A stretch of DNA of 55,510 bases, the filler included, from Catajapyx aquilonaris (taxonomy: Eukaryota), in NCBI GenBank assembly GCA_000934665.2. It is 3 parts of 3 records of this genome, joined end to end, with 100 filler letters (N's around TTAATTAATTAA, not from the genome) between each part and the next. Parts side by side here need not be neighbours in the genome. Positions count along the whole stretch, not along the records: positions 37,086 to 55,510 come from KZ539578.1; 2 more parts are not named here. One strand, given 5' to 3'. This document shows, piece after piece, positions 53,730 to 55,510 of the stretch; the stretch's first letter is position 1, and the number at the start of each line of letters is the position of its first letter. The notes below the pieces were generated by a model. The model was not told the DNA's origin, did no database searches, and worked only from the letters and a program-made list of their open reading frames with translations. A program made the position numbers and the translations under genes.

Positions 53730-54244
53730 CAGCACCATGGACGCGCTCCAGATGCCTCAAGAAGGGACTGCTTCAAAGAAGTCCACGAGAAGCATTTAAA
53801 TCTGCTGGAGNTAAATCTGCTGGAGCAGCCCCCCCCCCCCGGACGCACGGAACCACCGGCGGCATCGGAAACCAGATGATCATCACACCATCCTTCAAAG
53901 CTGGTGGCCAGAGGGGGTCTTCCTCGTCTGGACCAGATGCATCAGCAGGCCCTCCCGGAGAGCAAGCAAGGATGACCCCCCGCAAGTGTTCCAGGGATTC
54001 TCGTCTGGCCTGTTGGGCTGCCTCCGCTGCACCCCATGCCGCCTCCGCTGCATACTGCGCGGCCTCCGCCGCTTCCTCTGTGTCTTTCGCCAGCTGCTAC
54101 GCCCTCAGCAGCTGCTCCTCCATGGTTGTGTGGAGTGAGAATGAGGATGATGGTGATGGTTGACCAGGAGCATGATTCATGGGAGCATTAATCAGAGGGG
54201 AAGGAGTGGGCGGGGCACTTGATGCACGCTTCCTTCTCGAGTTC

Positions 54245-54625
54245 ATAGGACTGTTCGTATTTGTATGACTGCTCGTCTCCTTAGTAGGACTGCTCGTATC
54301 CTTAGTAGGACTGCTCGTATCCTTAGTAGGACTGCTTGTATCCGTAGGACTGCTCGCATCCATAAGACTGTTGCTCGCATCCTTCGCAGCCATAGCCGTA
54401 AAGCCGCTGCTCGTGGCCATAGTTTTTTCCTTCGCAGCCATAACTTTTCCCCTCGTAGCCATAGCGCCGCTGCTCGCAGCCATAGTCATCCCCTTCGTAG
54501 CCGTAGAGCCGCTGCTGCTCGTGGCCGTCGTTTTTCCCTTCGCAGCCATAATTTTTCCCCTCGTGGCCATAGAGCCGCTGCTCGTAGCCATAGTTATTCC
54601 CTTGCTGCTGCTCGTAGCCGTAGTT
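54245..54625 (-). repeat. Coding tandem repeats in the retrotransposon N-terminus
   Basis: 21-bp units encoding SSPTKDT (about 4-5 copies) and repeated MATRGK(I/V)MAAK / TATSSS blocks. Confidence 0.75.
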
Positions 54626-54985
54626 TTGTCCTTTGGGTTTACTCTTCGCAGGCCATCCCCCCTACCCCCAGCACCGCTCCCCCCGGCCATCGCTGTGCGA
54701 GCACCAGGGCCGCCCACAAGGCCGCCCAGGGTGCAAGGGGTGCGGCCCGGGGCAGCACTACCGGCGCTCGTAGCCGGAGGGCTGCTGAAAGGGATGGAGG
54801 GTGGTACCTGGGAGTCCTCGGCGTCCTGGCGAATGGCCGTGGCTGCGGCCACTGCTGCAGCTCTCGCTGGTCTGCGGATCCGGGCCTCCATCCTACTGGA
54901 GCGAGTTGGGGGGGNNNNNNNNNNNNGGGGGGGGGGCTGGCCAGAGGATCAATAGCGTAGCACTGTTTTCGCGCGCGATGAATTT

Positions 54986-55046
54986 GAAATTAAGCTGATG
55001 TGAACAGACTACACACTTGATCTTAGCCAAAAGGCCGAGAAGCGAT
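54986..55046 (-). ncRNA. U2: U2 snRNA 5' fragment (about nt 1-61), non-functional
   Basis: Minus strand reads ATCGCTTCTCGGCCTTTTGGCTAAGATCAAGTGTGTAGTCTGTTCACATCAGCTTAATTTC. The first 34 nt match the metazoan U2 5' end; the 3' arm of stem IIa and the Sm site are absent. Confidence 0.9.
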
Positions 55047-55510
55047 AGCACTTCGCAGTAGTCCACTTTCACTACAGCTAGAAGCGGGACATACTATGAC
55101 CCGATAGCAATTCGCTCGACTAGACGCAACAATTACAGCGATGAACTATCGCTCACGAATCGTACTTTTTCCCGTGAAGGCGCTTCTACTGCACACTTCA
55201 GGCATCACAACAAGTGCGCAATTCCTTTAAATTGAGTATAAAATAGCCGCAATTTACAGACAGTCCGGTGTTTCCATCGCAGGCCACTAGGCGTCTCCGG
55301 AGTCGCGGACCGATACGGTAGTGGACGGTAAAAGTGGGTTGGCTACCCTGATCCAGTACGACCGCGTTCAGTAGGATATTATCCTCGTGAGTTTGATTTG
55401 GTTATTTATTAATTGAACCTCGGAATCGGAAAACAGACTAAGTGGACTTCAAAATGACTTGGCACTTATGCACTTGTTGCTCTGAGCCTCGCTGTGCGCC
55501 AAACGGAGCA

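Larger units (their letters stand above)
50395..54985 (-). mobile_element. Utopia-type (R2-group, U2 snRNA-targeting) non-LTR retrotransposon, disabled and 3'-truncated
   Basis: Single long broken ORF from ATG 54891. N-terminal zinc fingers (WTSLKQS..RHLERVH, CRWC..HLQAC, CEECEEDFHSKTGLRNHRRWH), then RT motifs APGDDG, WRPIAL, QKGF, WLDFSSAYTSVPH, GIRQGDPLS and LAYADD; breaks at STLAP before the endonuclease. No APE domain. The 5' end abuts U2 sequence. Confidence 0.85.

Noticed and set aside
53797..53826. 14-bp duplication TAAATCTGCTGGAG around a single N
   Set aside because: Typical unmerged contig overlap.
55047..55120. snRNA PSE promoter upstream of the U2 fragment
   Set aside because: PSE sequences are lineage-specific and none could be recognised without the host's other snRNA genes.

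Overview
This is eukaryotic, most likely arthropod, genomic DNA. It consists of three contigs joined by artificial 100-bp pads (44N-TTAATTAATTAA-44N at 18450-18549 and 36986-37085), so linkage across the pads is unproven. Segment 1 (1-18449) holds the 5' nine exons of a secreted EAR/EPTP-repeat gene (closca/TSPEAR-like, minus strand), then about 16 kb of non-coding DNA. Segment 2 (18550-36985) holds a decaying intron-containing RanBP1 paralogue, a C2H2 zinc-finger remnant and a replication-type histone quintet (H2B<->H2A, H3<->H4, H1, all with 3' stem-loops). Every histone in the quintet diverges from the canonical sequence. The segment also has a rearranged H2A/H2B pseudogene pair, SINEs/MITEs and a possible degraded RNA-virus polymerase fossil. 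Segment 3 (37086-55510) holds an intact 7-exon folliculin (FLCN) gene with a transposon-packed last intron, followed by SINE, Tc1, Gypsy and hAT remnants. It ends with a disabled Utopia-type non-LTR retrotransposon fused directly to the 5' end of a U2 snRNA sequence. The most interesting items are the all-variant histone cluster and the U2-Utopia junction. All homology calls come from motif recognition by eye; no searches were run.
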